Positions 48,139 to 60,603 of a stretch of DNA of 64,000 nucleotides are shown here, one piece after another (position 1 is the stretch's first letter; the number at the start of each line of letters is the position of its first letter). Both the position numbers and the translations under genes were made by a program. The DNA is from Chlorokybus atmophyticus (Eukaryota; Plantae; Mesostigma and Chlorokybus algae), in assembly GCA_009103225.1 (NCBI GenBank), contig RHPI01002823.1:381104-445103 (forward strand), read 5' to 3'. Below the pieces are notes generated by a model. That model worked only from the letters and a program-made list of their open reading frames with translations. It made no database searches and was not told where the DNA came from.

Positions 48139-49115
48139 TTAGAGAGCAAAGCACATTTCTAACAACCATAACATGCTGTTCCGATCCATGGCGCGTCCAA
48201 ATAATTGGCATTGCTGATTGTCGGTCAGCGTGGAATCTGTGATTCTGCTTGGAGAGAATCCCATGGCGCGTTCGCGCTCACGTGCGTTGGGTTCCTCCAG
48301 CTGGCCTGTGCTAGAATCCAACACCATGCCTGCGCCGTGGTTGCGGAAGGCGTACGATCCTGGGTAGGACACCAGCGTGGGGAGCGCACGAGGTGGTTGC
48401 CCAGGCTGGTTGCACTTGTAGAAGTGGTGGTGATCGCGTTGGGTGACTAGTTGTGCTCTTTAACCAGGGTCCAGGATAGCATCGACTGTCAAATTGCGTG
48501 GACGACTGCTGTGCAAATATTCAGCAGCAAAGAGATTTTTGATTGTTGCCAGGTTGGTCCACTTGGCGCGGACACGATGAGCACGGGAGCCATGCCGCGC
48601 TGCATTAATTTTGAGAGGATGCCCCAGTAAGGAACACACCTGTCGGAAGTTGTTGGCCACGTGATGGCGCTTATCGACCTCGGAGTGCACATTCTCGATG
48701 ATGTATCCTGGAGGCCTGAACAGCAGGTTGCTCTGCAGAATTTTGATGACACGCATCCGTTTTCAGAACAATTGCGAGCGAGGGTCAACGAGTCCTTTGC
48801 CGCTGCCTGCTCTGGAGTGTTCTTAACACTCCCATCCTGCTATCAGCAGGTTTATGTTGCCCACTACTAGGAGGTGATCCGCAATGATTAAACGGATGTC
48901 CTGTGGTAATGCCTTCAGGCTGCCTTGCAGTGCCGATACCGGCAATCGCTGCGGGTAGCCTTTGTGTAGGTGGCGCAGGTGGTGGCCCAAGGCAATATGT
49001 GCGTGTAGATCAGGGTCGCAGTAGAAGTACTTGGTAACCGTCGCGCCGGTGTTGAGGACAGCACCGAGGCCACTACCTATTCCTCCGAATAATTCCAACA
49101 TGGTGATGCCTTGTT
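48139..49115 (-). pseudogene. Cytosine-5 DNA methyltransferase domain (DNMT3-like motif layout) inside Gypsy pol
   Basis: Motif I ITMLELFGGIGSG; II KYFYCD; III PQDIR; IV LLIAGWEC*EHSRAG..GL.DPRSQLF; VI YIIENV; VIII AHRVRAKWTN; IX RERERAMGF; X QLFGRAMD. All are in canonical order, with stops and frameshifts. Confidence 0.92.
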
Positions 49116-49599
49116 GTCGCGGAAACACGTGAAACTCCACTACGCCAGTGGCCACCTGGTGTTGTTCCTGGACAGCAGCTTGGTCCTTGTAGAGAGGGAA
49201 CCGTGAAGTGAGCCGCGGTCTGGTCAGTAGCAGATGGGCGACCACCTGTGCGCGCCAGCGGCATTCCGCTGGTTGCTGGTGGGCCACTTCCTCAGTGGCA
49301 TTTTTCTGAGACTCGTCGTATGGGATTGGAGAGTCTTGGTTTGCGTCGTGGGTGACCACCGCAAATGATCTGTCAGTGGTTGTCGAGCCCGACCTGTGGG
49401 TGGCTGTTGCAGCTGACTTGTCAGTGGTTGCCGACAACGACCTGTAGGTGGTTGTTGCAGCTGACCTTTGGTGGGAGCGAGTGCAAGCCACCAACTCGAG
49501 AGGCAGATATCCTTGAACCTCTCCGTCCTCCTCATCCCAATGAAGACAAAACCAGGCCTTCTCTGTCCAGCAGTCTAGCCCCATGCCAACAAGGAAGTG

Positions 49600-49950
49600 G
49601 AAGTCCTGTTCCAACAGCAGGTCGAAGGATCCTGCGTCGGTGACTACACAAATCTGTATGACCTCGGTGATGTGGAACGGGTCCACTCCTGTCTAGCGAA
49701 TGCAGAGGACTTGCTTGGTGATGCCGATCACCTTGTCACGGCTGCCGGTTGCGGTGTCGAGCACGTATGGGCACGGCATCAGCTCAGCGCTGGTGATGCC
49801 AAATGCACGTGCGAGGTAACGTTTGATGATGACAAGCTGGGCTCCAGAGTCCAGCATTACCCGCTTGGGTGCTTGCCCATTGATCGTGACATGCTTGCCT
49901 TGGTTGGCGGTCATAGCCGCGTTGGCGTGGATGCGCAGCCGATTGAATTG
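49600..49950 (-). pseudogene. Retropepsin-type protease of the DNMT-Gypsy
   Basis: VTINGQAPKRVMLDSGAQLVII..., followed by VVTDAGSFDLLLEQDF (flap/DxLLGxDF-like). Confidence 0.8.
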
Positions 49951-52064
49951 TCGGTAGCGGGTGCATGGGGTGTCTCCTGCTGCAGTCTCCTCCGATGGTG
50001 TCAAGCGCAGTGGGGCAAGCGCCTCTCGACCAGCTGGGTATTGAGCACCTCTTTGACCGCGGCCTGGCCCGAACCGTCCTTGTCTTGGCTGTTGATGAAC
50101 ATGCTGTGGCCTGGGTGCTGGCGGTGCTGCTTGTAGTTGTCCTGGTTGCGGTGCCGGGGGATTGCGTCTCTGTGTGGCCGGGGTCATTCCTGGCGGCGTG
50201 GCCAGTGGCTGCTGGGGAATCCCTGAAGGACCGGGTGTTTGTGGGCCCGCCTCCCGTGCGGCCTGTTCTTCCACATAAGTCCAGCGTACGGCATGAGCTG
50301 CCTCCCTAACCAATGTACCTTCCCATGTGGCTCTTGGGTTGTTGATCACATCACTCCACCGACGAGTCTGAGGCATGGGCTCGAAATACACTGCGCGAAG
50401 GAGCCTCGCTCTTATGTCGTAGGTGATGGTGGGAACCCTTAGAATCCCTGTGTAGGAATCCCATCTGCCATTGACCACTACCACCTCCAACACCGTTGTT
50501 GCTCGCGCCCGCACAGTGAGGAAAATCTCTGGCTGTTGAACATGCTGCTGTAGGCAGCTGAGATACGTCTGCGTTGCCGCGCTGCTTCCACCCCTGGCAA
50601 CCTCAATATGGCCTCTTGTACTCCTTCTAAGGTGTTGGTGGATGTTGAGGCAACCTTGTCATAGGCTTGCCGTAGTGACAGCAGGAAGGCGTCCACTCAG
50701 AGCCATCTGGTGCTGAAGGCGAGCAGGGGGATTGCGGGGTAATTGGTGACTAGCCAAGTCAGCAGTCTTGCTCGAGCTGCGTTACCACCTCCTCGCATCC
50801 CCAGCATCCGCCTCAGGCCGATGCCTGTGCAGCATGGTTGCTTGTTGCAACAGGGCAGTACGTAGTTGCTGTTCCCCAATTGAACCTGTTTCATCTCGTT
50901 GTGTCCACCCTTGCGCTGTGAGGTAGCCTCTCCCTAAATTACGTTGATTTTCAGGCAAGTCTTACAACAAGGCGGGTAGCAGCGGGGCGATCACCCCCGT
51001 GGTTCATTGGGCCAGCGCCCTCGTCTGGTCACCATTGGGCCCACCAACGAGAGGTGTTGTACTGGATGATGGGCCAGCGGCTGTTGGCTGAAGAAGGCCA
51101 GCGCGAGCGCATCGGCAAGGGCGTGCGCTCTTGCGTCGATGGCCGCCGCTTGATCTTGTCGCCAGATGAATGCCTGTTCCAGCGCGGTGTAGCGCTCATG
51201 ACGTCGAACGGTATGGAGGGACCTCAGTGCTTCATTGTCACCCAGAGGCATGTCGGTTGTATCAGTGATGTGCTGCTGTACGTTGGGTTGCCGGTCCCTA
51301 TACGTGTCAAGTGGGCTGGGATCAAAGGGTTCGTGACGGACTGGTGTGGGTTGGCGTGGCGCCGTCTGCATATCGTTATGCAGAGTTTAGAACAACTGCA
51401 GTGTCAGCTCCAATACGACAGGCGTTCTGATAACGAAGACACGGTCTCGCATAGGAGGTGCCGTGCCGGCGAGAATTTTATCCTCCAGTTGTCGCTGAGT
51501 CTGGTCTGGCAGCGTGTGATATTCAGGCAGTAGGAAGACTCGATCACTGCGTTCAATGCGTGTTGTGCACTCCCCTCCTCGCCCCAAAGCAATGGTAGTG
51601 GGATCTGCCCCATGCATAATGGTCTCCCCGGCACGCTCAGCTTGCCGACCTCGCTGGACAGCCTGAGTGACGTCAAGGGCGGGCAATGTAGTTGAGCGTG
51701 TTGCTGCAGCGATAGCAGGCTCGATAATAGCACTGTCGGTGGTGGCGCGAGTGCCGCTCAATGGCGCGAGAGTGGTCTCAACGCCTGCTGGCACAGGGAG
51801 TGATGTTGGAGTGGGATCGGTGTGATCTACGCCTGCAGAGTCGGTAACGGCAGTGGTGGCTGTTGTCTGCGTGCTCACCAGTGTGGGCGCGACGGTGCTC
51901 ACTGGTAGACCAGTTTTTGGTGAGATTGGAACAGTCCCTGCTAGCGTCGACGAAGTTGACGTCGTAGCCGGTGTGACCGTCTCGGCTGGTGTAGTGCCAC
52001 TGGTGGCTTCAGAGGAGGTGGCTGCTGACGATGTTGCGGCTTTCCCTCAGACTCGCCGGGATGG

Positions 52065-53900
52065 TTAAATACGCGACGGAGTGCTGGTGTCTCTCGTGCG
52101 CTTTGGAGCCATCAGAGCCCACCGGGCAAAGTAACAGGCGCGGTAGTCCTGCTCCTTGTCTTCCTCCCAGCGTGCCATTCGTGCCATGAGGGCAGCCATA
52201 TGGTCATCAGCTAGCGGTTTAGCTGGAGCCTTGGCGGCAACAGCAGCAGCGCGCGGACTTCCTTGCAGTCCCTTACGTTGAGGAGGGCAATTCCTCCCCT
52301 TGTAGCCTTGCTTTTCCTTGCGAGCGTTGAAGTAGTTGTTAGTGTAGTTATGGCCTCCGGTGTGATTGTTGTTGTAGCCACCAGCGTTGTTGCCGTTGTG
52401 GCCTCCAGTGTTGTTGCTGTTGTAGCCACCAAAGTTGTTGCCGTTGTAACCACCAGAGTTGTTGCCGTTGTGGCCTCCAGTGTTGTTGCTGTTGTAGTTG
52501 TTGACGGGTCTCAACTCGGGGAACTTGAGCCAGCAGACGGACTCCAAGTGGCCTGTCTTGTGATAATAGTCGCAGGCAGAGTTGAGTACTCTTTGGTGCA
52601 CCCCTTTTGGTAGTGCCCATGCCGTCCACAGTGATAACACAGCACAGGGGCAGACAGAGCAGTATGCGCTGACCGTTTCCCTTTGTCGCGTGCTGGTGGA
52701 GCGTCGCAGCCACATTCGCGGCGCGGAGGCTCGATAGTTGGGCTGGCTACAGGCCGTGAGGCGCTGCGGTTGGTATCCAGCAATGCCTTCTCATACACCA
52801 AGCGCTTATGGATGGCTTGTGCAGTCTCAAAAGCTTCCTTGAGCGTGTAGCCAAGGGGCCTGCTGTAGTTCACGGTCAGGCGCGTCGACTCGCTCAGGGT
52901 GGCATCCAAGTCGTTGACATATACCACTGCGGCCGCCTCATTGCTGACGATCTTGTAGTCAGTGTTCTTCAACAGCCCTTCCAGTTTGAAGTACAGGCGT
53001 GGGGGGTCCTCATTGGGCTTGCGCCGGAACCGCCTCAACTCCTCCACTTTACTAGTGGTCTGCAGTGGGAAGGTGCGACGAAGTGCAGCGTATAGATCCT
53101 TGAGTGGAGAGTCAGAGATGGCAGCACCTACAGTGATGGCTGGTGCGTGCAGTGCAACTGACCCAAAGGTGAAAGCACTGCCTCCCGCACGAGAGCCAGG
53201 TGTTGCCATAGGTAGGGGCGTGCCCACCTCAACGGCTGCAATTCATTGTTCCTCAAGGATGGCAGCAAAACGATCCAGAATCCGGGCCCGTCGCGCGGCC
53301 ATCTTGATCTCGATCTCTACAGGGGTCAGGTTGACAATCACCAACTCCGGTTCCTCCTCCTCTGCTCTGTCAATGGCTGCCGCTATGGACAACCCGGTAA
53401 CCGCAGTGGGGGTGGCAGGTGAAAAGACGGCTACTGGACTGTGCAGTGATGCATGTGCTATGGTACTGGCGAGCTCGCCATAACCATTAACTCGATGCAG
53501 TTCAGCAACATACTTCTAGACATCATGTGCTTCATGGTCTAGATACTGAGCAGCAATGTGAAAAGAGATCTCATCTGACGTCTTTGTTCTTCAGAGCCTG
53601 ATGTCGCATCTTGGAGTGGAACTTAATGATGGATCCGTCCAGAGAGGTAGTGCCAGCACGTCTGGAGAAGCGCAGAAACGTGGTTGAGCTGGAAGACTCC
53701 ATCTCATAGTCGTCACTGTCGGACGAGAGTGGGGAAGCTCGATGTAGTGGAGTGGACAGGAACGGAGTGAAGTCGGAGACAGCACGTGAGCCCTTGCTGC
53801 TACGATTGTTGCTCCCGTCGCTGGTCCGCTCGTAGGTGAGGTTGGAGGTTGGGCTCCAACTGCTGAGGTCACCCTCGTCTATTGGAGAGAACGGGGTGGG
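52065..53900 (-). pseudogene. Gag of the DNMT-Gypsy, with two zinc knuckles and an N/G-rich repeat tract
   Basis: LRRFRRKPNEDP..LYFKL (retrotransposon gag-like), CYHCGRHGHYQKGC, then frameshifted CDYYHKTGHLESVC followed by NNxGG[HY]N repeats. Confidence 0.8.
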
Positions 53901-55269
53901 CCTGCTCATACAGCTAGTCCAGAGGTGAAAGTGTATGCAGGGTTGAGTGTTTGTGCTCTATCGCCTGTCTCGATGCCGCTATCACTCACCACACTAGTGG
54001 TTATGTGCGCACTATGTAATGACAGTGATAACGAATGCCCAGGGATGTGTCCCCAAATATAGACTGCACTTATTTGATGCAGAATGCCACACACTCACTT
54101 GAGCAAAGAGGGTGACATTGTGAGTCAACAAGCTACTACTATAGGTACGGATGTTTACACAGTTCTTTGCATGAGCGGAAAATGTGTTCCGCTGTTAAGT
54201 GAGGTGAATGAGCAAGCAACACGTGGATACTATGCCCTGACTGATGCCCACAAACACACTGCAACCAGGCACACCAGGCTCACAGCGATAACAAGCAAGA
54301 TGCACACGAGCATGCACAGGCTCTCACACAGTAAGGGGGTTCTTGGTAACCGGGATGGCGTGTTCGTAGTTCAAGTCGTTTCACAAGCTCTTAGCTTTCT
54401 CACTCACAGTGTCACCAGCTGATCCGGTGAAAACTGAGACTACTTATACAAGTTAAATCATGACTGTCTAGAATATAAGCTAACGGTCATATCGAGGCTG
54501 TTTCCACAGCGATTGTCACTCGATATAGAACACAACTTATAATTGAACTCACAACTGAACAGCTACGCGCGGTGCTTTTGGGCTATGGTCGTGGGCTACC
54601 CTGAAGTCATGACCTAGCTACTGTCAGGGACGCGCGCGCGTTAATATGTCGGTAGGCCGGGCGCCGATTTTGATGTAGACATGCCCGATGAAGGCTGGTA
54701 TGTGTGGGCACCAGGCATGACATCTTCCACAATTGCTGTGCAGAAGCTGGCGTTTACGGAGGCAGTCTCACCCTTGCTGGGCCATACATATTGCTGCGCC
54801 GCCACTATTGCGGGCAGATCAACCCACATGCACAAGGCCGGGGGCATGCAACCCAAAGCATTGCAAACACTTGAGATAACAAGCCGCCATCAATTTCTGT
54901 GGAACAAGACAGTGAATTCACCGTGAGGGTGGATATCAAGCACTATCCGCACAATAGCTATTAGCACGACAACAGTGTCGCAACAGCGTTACACAAACAG
55001 TACCTTCACAATGCTGCCATAGCAACATAATTTCATAGTTTTCAGACATGTGCACATGATGTTAAGCATGCACTGTCGCGTCATCAGAAAAATGTGGGCT
55101 CCAGTATCAATTTGAGTACACAAAGCATGAGTTGAACAATTGTGAGTGGACGGGAATCGTTGTAATGTTGCTTCGCAAAAATGGACCACAACAAGATAAC
55201 AACGATTTTTGAACGCTACTGCTTGATAATTGCTGACAAATTGTTATTAACAGCTTGTCCATTTTTAAG

Positions 55270-55352
55270 GTGTGCGTGGGGTGCCTGGTTGTCAGCTGTT
55301 GAGCGGGCTCTCCCCCTCATCCCTTGTGGGGTGTGGTCACCAACACGTTATT

Positions 55353-55408
<56 letters not shown>

Positions 55409-55409
55409 N

Positions 55410-55445
<36 letters not shown>

Positions 55446-55623
55446 CGTGGGCGTGTCTGGGGCTGGAGCTATGTGGAGAGGCTAGTGGTCATCCTCTCCT
55501 TTCTTGGTGCGCTACTGTAACTTCCCCTGCACCATGATGCTGGAGTGACTTCCTCTGTCAGTCCCTAAGGATTGTGCATAAGTTTGCCAAGCCCCAACCA
55601 GCGAGTAACATCGTAGTCATACA
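55270..55623 (+). repeat. 3' third of a chromovirus-family LTR, containing an expanded (GT)n with an N at 55409
   Basis: Matches the reverse complement of 1300-1570 (ggggtgcctggtt..gctctccccctcatccctt; gtcatcctctcct; gccaagcccc.accagc). Ends ...ATACA. Confidence 0.8.
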
Positions 55624-57071
55624 ATGGCTTGAAATAAGTGTTCATATTGTGTCGCAATGTAGTGTGTAATACATATCAACATGTGCAAAGCACGAAGGAC
55701 TTGCATGAATTATACACTGCTTGCCCTGGATGATCGCATGAACGGTTGCAAGTCAGCGGCTAGCTAAAAGCGCTCAAGCTATTTAGATGAGCAGCTCGCT
55801 ACCCTATAATATATAATAATACAGCATATAAACGGCATATTGTGGAGTATAACCCATCTCTCAAGACTTTGTATATATGCGTAACCGTGATGCCGAGCTG
55901 TGAGTGTGTGTAAGATGGTAACTGAAAATTGCACAATGGCGGTACATGCTGGACTGGAAGGACCATGCATAGAAGCATAGAAGACGCATGGTATGTCAGT
56001 GTAGAGGCCCGTCCCTGTTGGCCATACATATGTGACATTCGCAAACATGAGGCAAGCAGCATCATGTTCGGTCTTGATGGATATTGACGCTGTCGATGAT
56101 GTGCAGGTAAACCGTAAATGCATGCATACATGTAAAGAATGGTATGGCTGTACATCTAGCGTTTGTGCTGGCAGTTCAGCCCTATAGTCATGCGTTGGCG
56201 TGAGGTAAATGTTTGTTGTATAGCGTGGCAAAGTGGTGTGTAAAGCATGCCATGCTTTGCACACCGCACTATGCAACATGTGCGAAGCAGCAGCTGCATG
56301 CTACACTCCTTGCATGGCATGCATTACCGAGTGGCCATTTGCGCCGCGAATTGTTTGCCTGGCGTTGTCAGCGCAAAACCGTCGACGTCGTCCCTGAACT
56401 CGCCTTTCTGCGGCCCCGCAGTGGTTTTGTATCGACGTCGATTGTCGGCCCAACAACAGCTGCTGTACCATGCGTAACACATTTGACTGGCGAACCGATC
56501 GACTGGTCAATATGGCCGGCAACCCACACGACCACCATCGTTGCACCGGTCTGTCAGACTCATGCAACTGATACCGTTCGATTGCCTATCGTGACGTCGG
56601 CATGGCGTCAGCAGCCCGCCCTCTGAATCAGCGGCTCTGCATAGATCTGTCCCATGCGAGATTTGGAGCTATCCGGCTACAAGCAAGGATATTCATTAGA
56701 TTCACACCCCACACTGTGGCGCCTGCAATATCCGCGTCGCTGACGGCAAGTCGCAGCCAGTCAGTCAGTCAGTCAGTCAGACAGTCGACTGCCGACTGTG
56801 ATCGGACCGTTTACCCATCACAATCTACCCGTTGGCAGCTGGGGAGTGAGGTTGGATTCGACCGTTGCTCGGTTTGCTGGCCGCGTCACGGGCACTCACC
56901 TCCGACTCTGACCGAACTGAGCGGGACACCACTGAGCAGAGGCCGTGGGGCCTACTACTACTTGTAGTGCCAAATAGCGAGGGAGTGCGCAAGTTGGTGT
57001 CTAGTGTTGTAACCTGCAGCGCGTCGAAGGTTGAAGCCGTAGTGAAGGCGGCGTGTGTTGCGTGTGTTGCC

Positions 57072-58138
<1,067 letters not shown>

Positions 58139-60603
58139 TCCCCCTTGTGGCTGTAAGTAGTACACACAGGCAGGTAGTCCCAGCACTAGTGTATATTGTC
58201 CATTTCCCCCAAGGTGGCAGAGTGTACATAGCCAGCCATCCGTCAAGAGGTACATAGCAGCAGCAACAGCAGGTTGTAGGTCATTGAGGTAGCTTTGCTA
58301 AACTTGGCATTGTGTTGAATACTTTTTATGCCGTTTATTTTTTCATGTTCATGCTATGCTTGTTGTCTGTCGGTTGTTTGAATCTGGACTGGTAACCACT
58401 TATTCACACTGATTTCTTAGAAACCTAATACTATGCTCACTGCCATGTTCATATCTCATTGCACATCCCCTGCTATATTATCTCGGTGCAATAAAATACG
58501 AGTAAGCCTACAATATCAAGCTCCCTCACCCACCTCTAATTTGCTCTGCCTGCTGCTGCTGCTCCGGCGGCGATGTTTGCCATCTGACCTAGGCATATGC
58601 TGCACAATGTTACCTGCTTACTCGTTGTCTTCCCTTATTGCACAATGCAACCAGTGCATGCATATAGCTGCTGTCGTTGCTTTGATACACCACTCAATAT
58701 ACGCAACCCATTGCCTCTTACCTGTGCTGCTCACCACTGTGCATTGGCCAATTTCTGCTTTGTCCTTGCATCTGATTAACCAGCTACTATGTATCCAACA
58801 ACATGGATATGTCAGTCCCTACTCGAGCAATGCCAGCACTGCGAAAAGTGGTTTTGTGGGCGGAGGAGGAGGGGGAGTCCGTTGAGTCTGCTGCTGCTGC
58901 TGCTGCCTCGGCTAAGACAGGGCCGCTAACCAACGGCTGTTGTGCAGGTGAACGCATATGCATGTACATGGCTAACGGGGTGGTAGGGATAGTGCAGCGT
59001 GTGAGGCAGTGGATGAACCTGGTGGTCAACCTGACAATGGTGTTGTTGGTATGCGCTACGTCACTCTGCATGCTGCTGACTGTGCATGCCACTATGCATG
59101 TGCATTATCGTTTCGCATTGTATGTACATTAGCAATACCAACATCAATAGAGATGCAGACTCCACCGACACTGTCCAACTGGTATATGCCAGTATCCGGA
59201 CTATACTGTCAGTGATGAAGCTCACATGCAGGGGTGCACTACTGTATCCTATGGGTGTCAGTCACACAAAGCCATAGTCACACGCTTCACTCAGCCAACC
59301 ATATTGTGTCTTAATTTACCTTAAGCCACAGTGTACAGGATATGCACGTGATGTATGCAACATGCACGACACATGCATGCACACTTAACCACAACCACAC
59401 TCACCGATATCACGACCACTGGGCTAGGTGCACACTACCTGCTACTTACTTCACTACTCTACTGCCCAACCCTGTCAGTCTGCAAGCATGCATTACCTGC
59501 AACATCGCCAGTAGAGTAGTGTACAGGATATGCGCGAGACAATTGGCGACATGCATAACGTCACAACAGCATAGCATACCAACCAGCATGCAAACACAGT
59601 CACATATACCACCACCGGGCTTTATTGACTGCCTGTTTACCTACCACACTACCCTACTCTAGACCTCCCCGTTAGGCATGCATACATGCGTATTGTTGGT
59701 TAATTACCTGTGCAACACACGAGCAGCAGCTGTATCAGACCACTTGTATGTAAGGGGTATGGTACGGTGGCAGCATGCATGGTGTGGACAATGCGAATGG
59801 CATGCATCAGCACAAGCATACACACGCTTTGCACATCAAGTCTAACCACCGGGCTAGTTCTATGGCTGCTTGCTACACTATACCAATGCTAGCCCGCCCG
59901 GTTAGACAAACAAGCATGCAGTGAGTTAGTACCTGCTCACATGGGCGCTGGTCAGTCTGTTGTCAACCACGGCCACAGCTGCAACAGCATCAACATGCAG
60001 GACGACTCCCCCTCTCCCTCCGCTCCCTCTGCCTCCGCCCTCCTCTCAGCCACCACTGCGCGGGCTGCTGCCTGCCGCTGTTGTCAACAACCCTTACCGC
60101 GCAGTGCTCACGTCAGCACTGCGCCGGACAGAGACCTTTAGGTCGTACGCTGGGGCTGTGCTGTTGTGCTGGTTAGGTGCAGCTGGTAGGGTTGGGTGGT
60201 GGGGTTGGTTGGTTGTGTCTGTGGCACGGTTAATTCCGTAGTCTCCCTTTTTTTAAAGACGAAACATAATGCGTACAGTAACCACGATAGCTGTCTCAAT
60301 TCAGTGCTCTTGGATTACTCTTTGACAGAATACACTGCAGTGATGACAACATTTCACAGCCCGAGTACACCACCTGTATGCAGCATACCAAACCTCCACC
60401 GGCAGGCAGTACATGTCTTGTTAGATGAGAGTGCATGCGAACAATCCTACCAAGTTACCAAGTGCTTGAACACGATCATCATGAAGCAATGCATGGTGAG
60501 ATATTTACACAGATTGTGCGCATTGCACCAGAAAGGGACGCCCGGATTTCGTTAAAACCAGCCACAGCCCTGCGCAACTCACTATCTCTTGCAGTGCATT
60601 ATG

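Larger units (their letters stand above)
29780..54014 (-). mobile_element. Long Ty3/Gypsy element: gag - protease - C5 DNA methyltransferase - RT - RNase H - integrase - PHD finger; degenerate, interrupted by the Copia tandem; ends uncertain
   Basis: Domains are colinear on the minus strand. Removing the Copia insert and one GAGAG copy restores DIELVDTKPVF*RQYRLS|KLKEDLVKQRCKALLDASLIEVSTSDFAAATVMP. Confidence 0.9.

Noticed and set aside
30305-53483. Many 60-190 aa plus-strand ORFs opposite Gypsy and Copia pol
   Set aside because: Antisense shadows of GC-rich coding sequence with no recognisable motifs.
54015-54630. Candidate 5' LTR of the DNMT-Gypsy (starts TGTAATGAC; adjacent minus-strand TAGTGCGCAC could be a mutated PBS)
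   Set aside because: No matching 3' LTR was found near 29-30 kb and there is no clean CA end or TSD, so it is not reported as a feature.
55181-55537. ORFs with CVCVCV runs
   Set aside because: These are translations of the (GT)n tract inside an LTR fragment.
56340-56620. Minus-strand ADVTIGNRTVSVA*V*QTGATMVVV, resembling a retropepsin remnant
   Set aside because: The catalytic Asp is missing, there are two stops, and no other retroelement domain is nearby.
58803-59132. 109-aa ORF with a hydrophobic end and possible splice sites
   Set aside because: No recognisable domain, and it could not be linked into a consistent multi-exon model.
59941-60241. GC-rich, Pro/Ser-rich ORFs downstream of ARP4
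   Set aside because: Low-complexity sequence with no supported start or splice structure.
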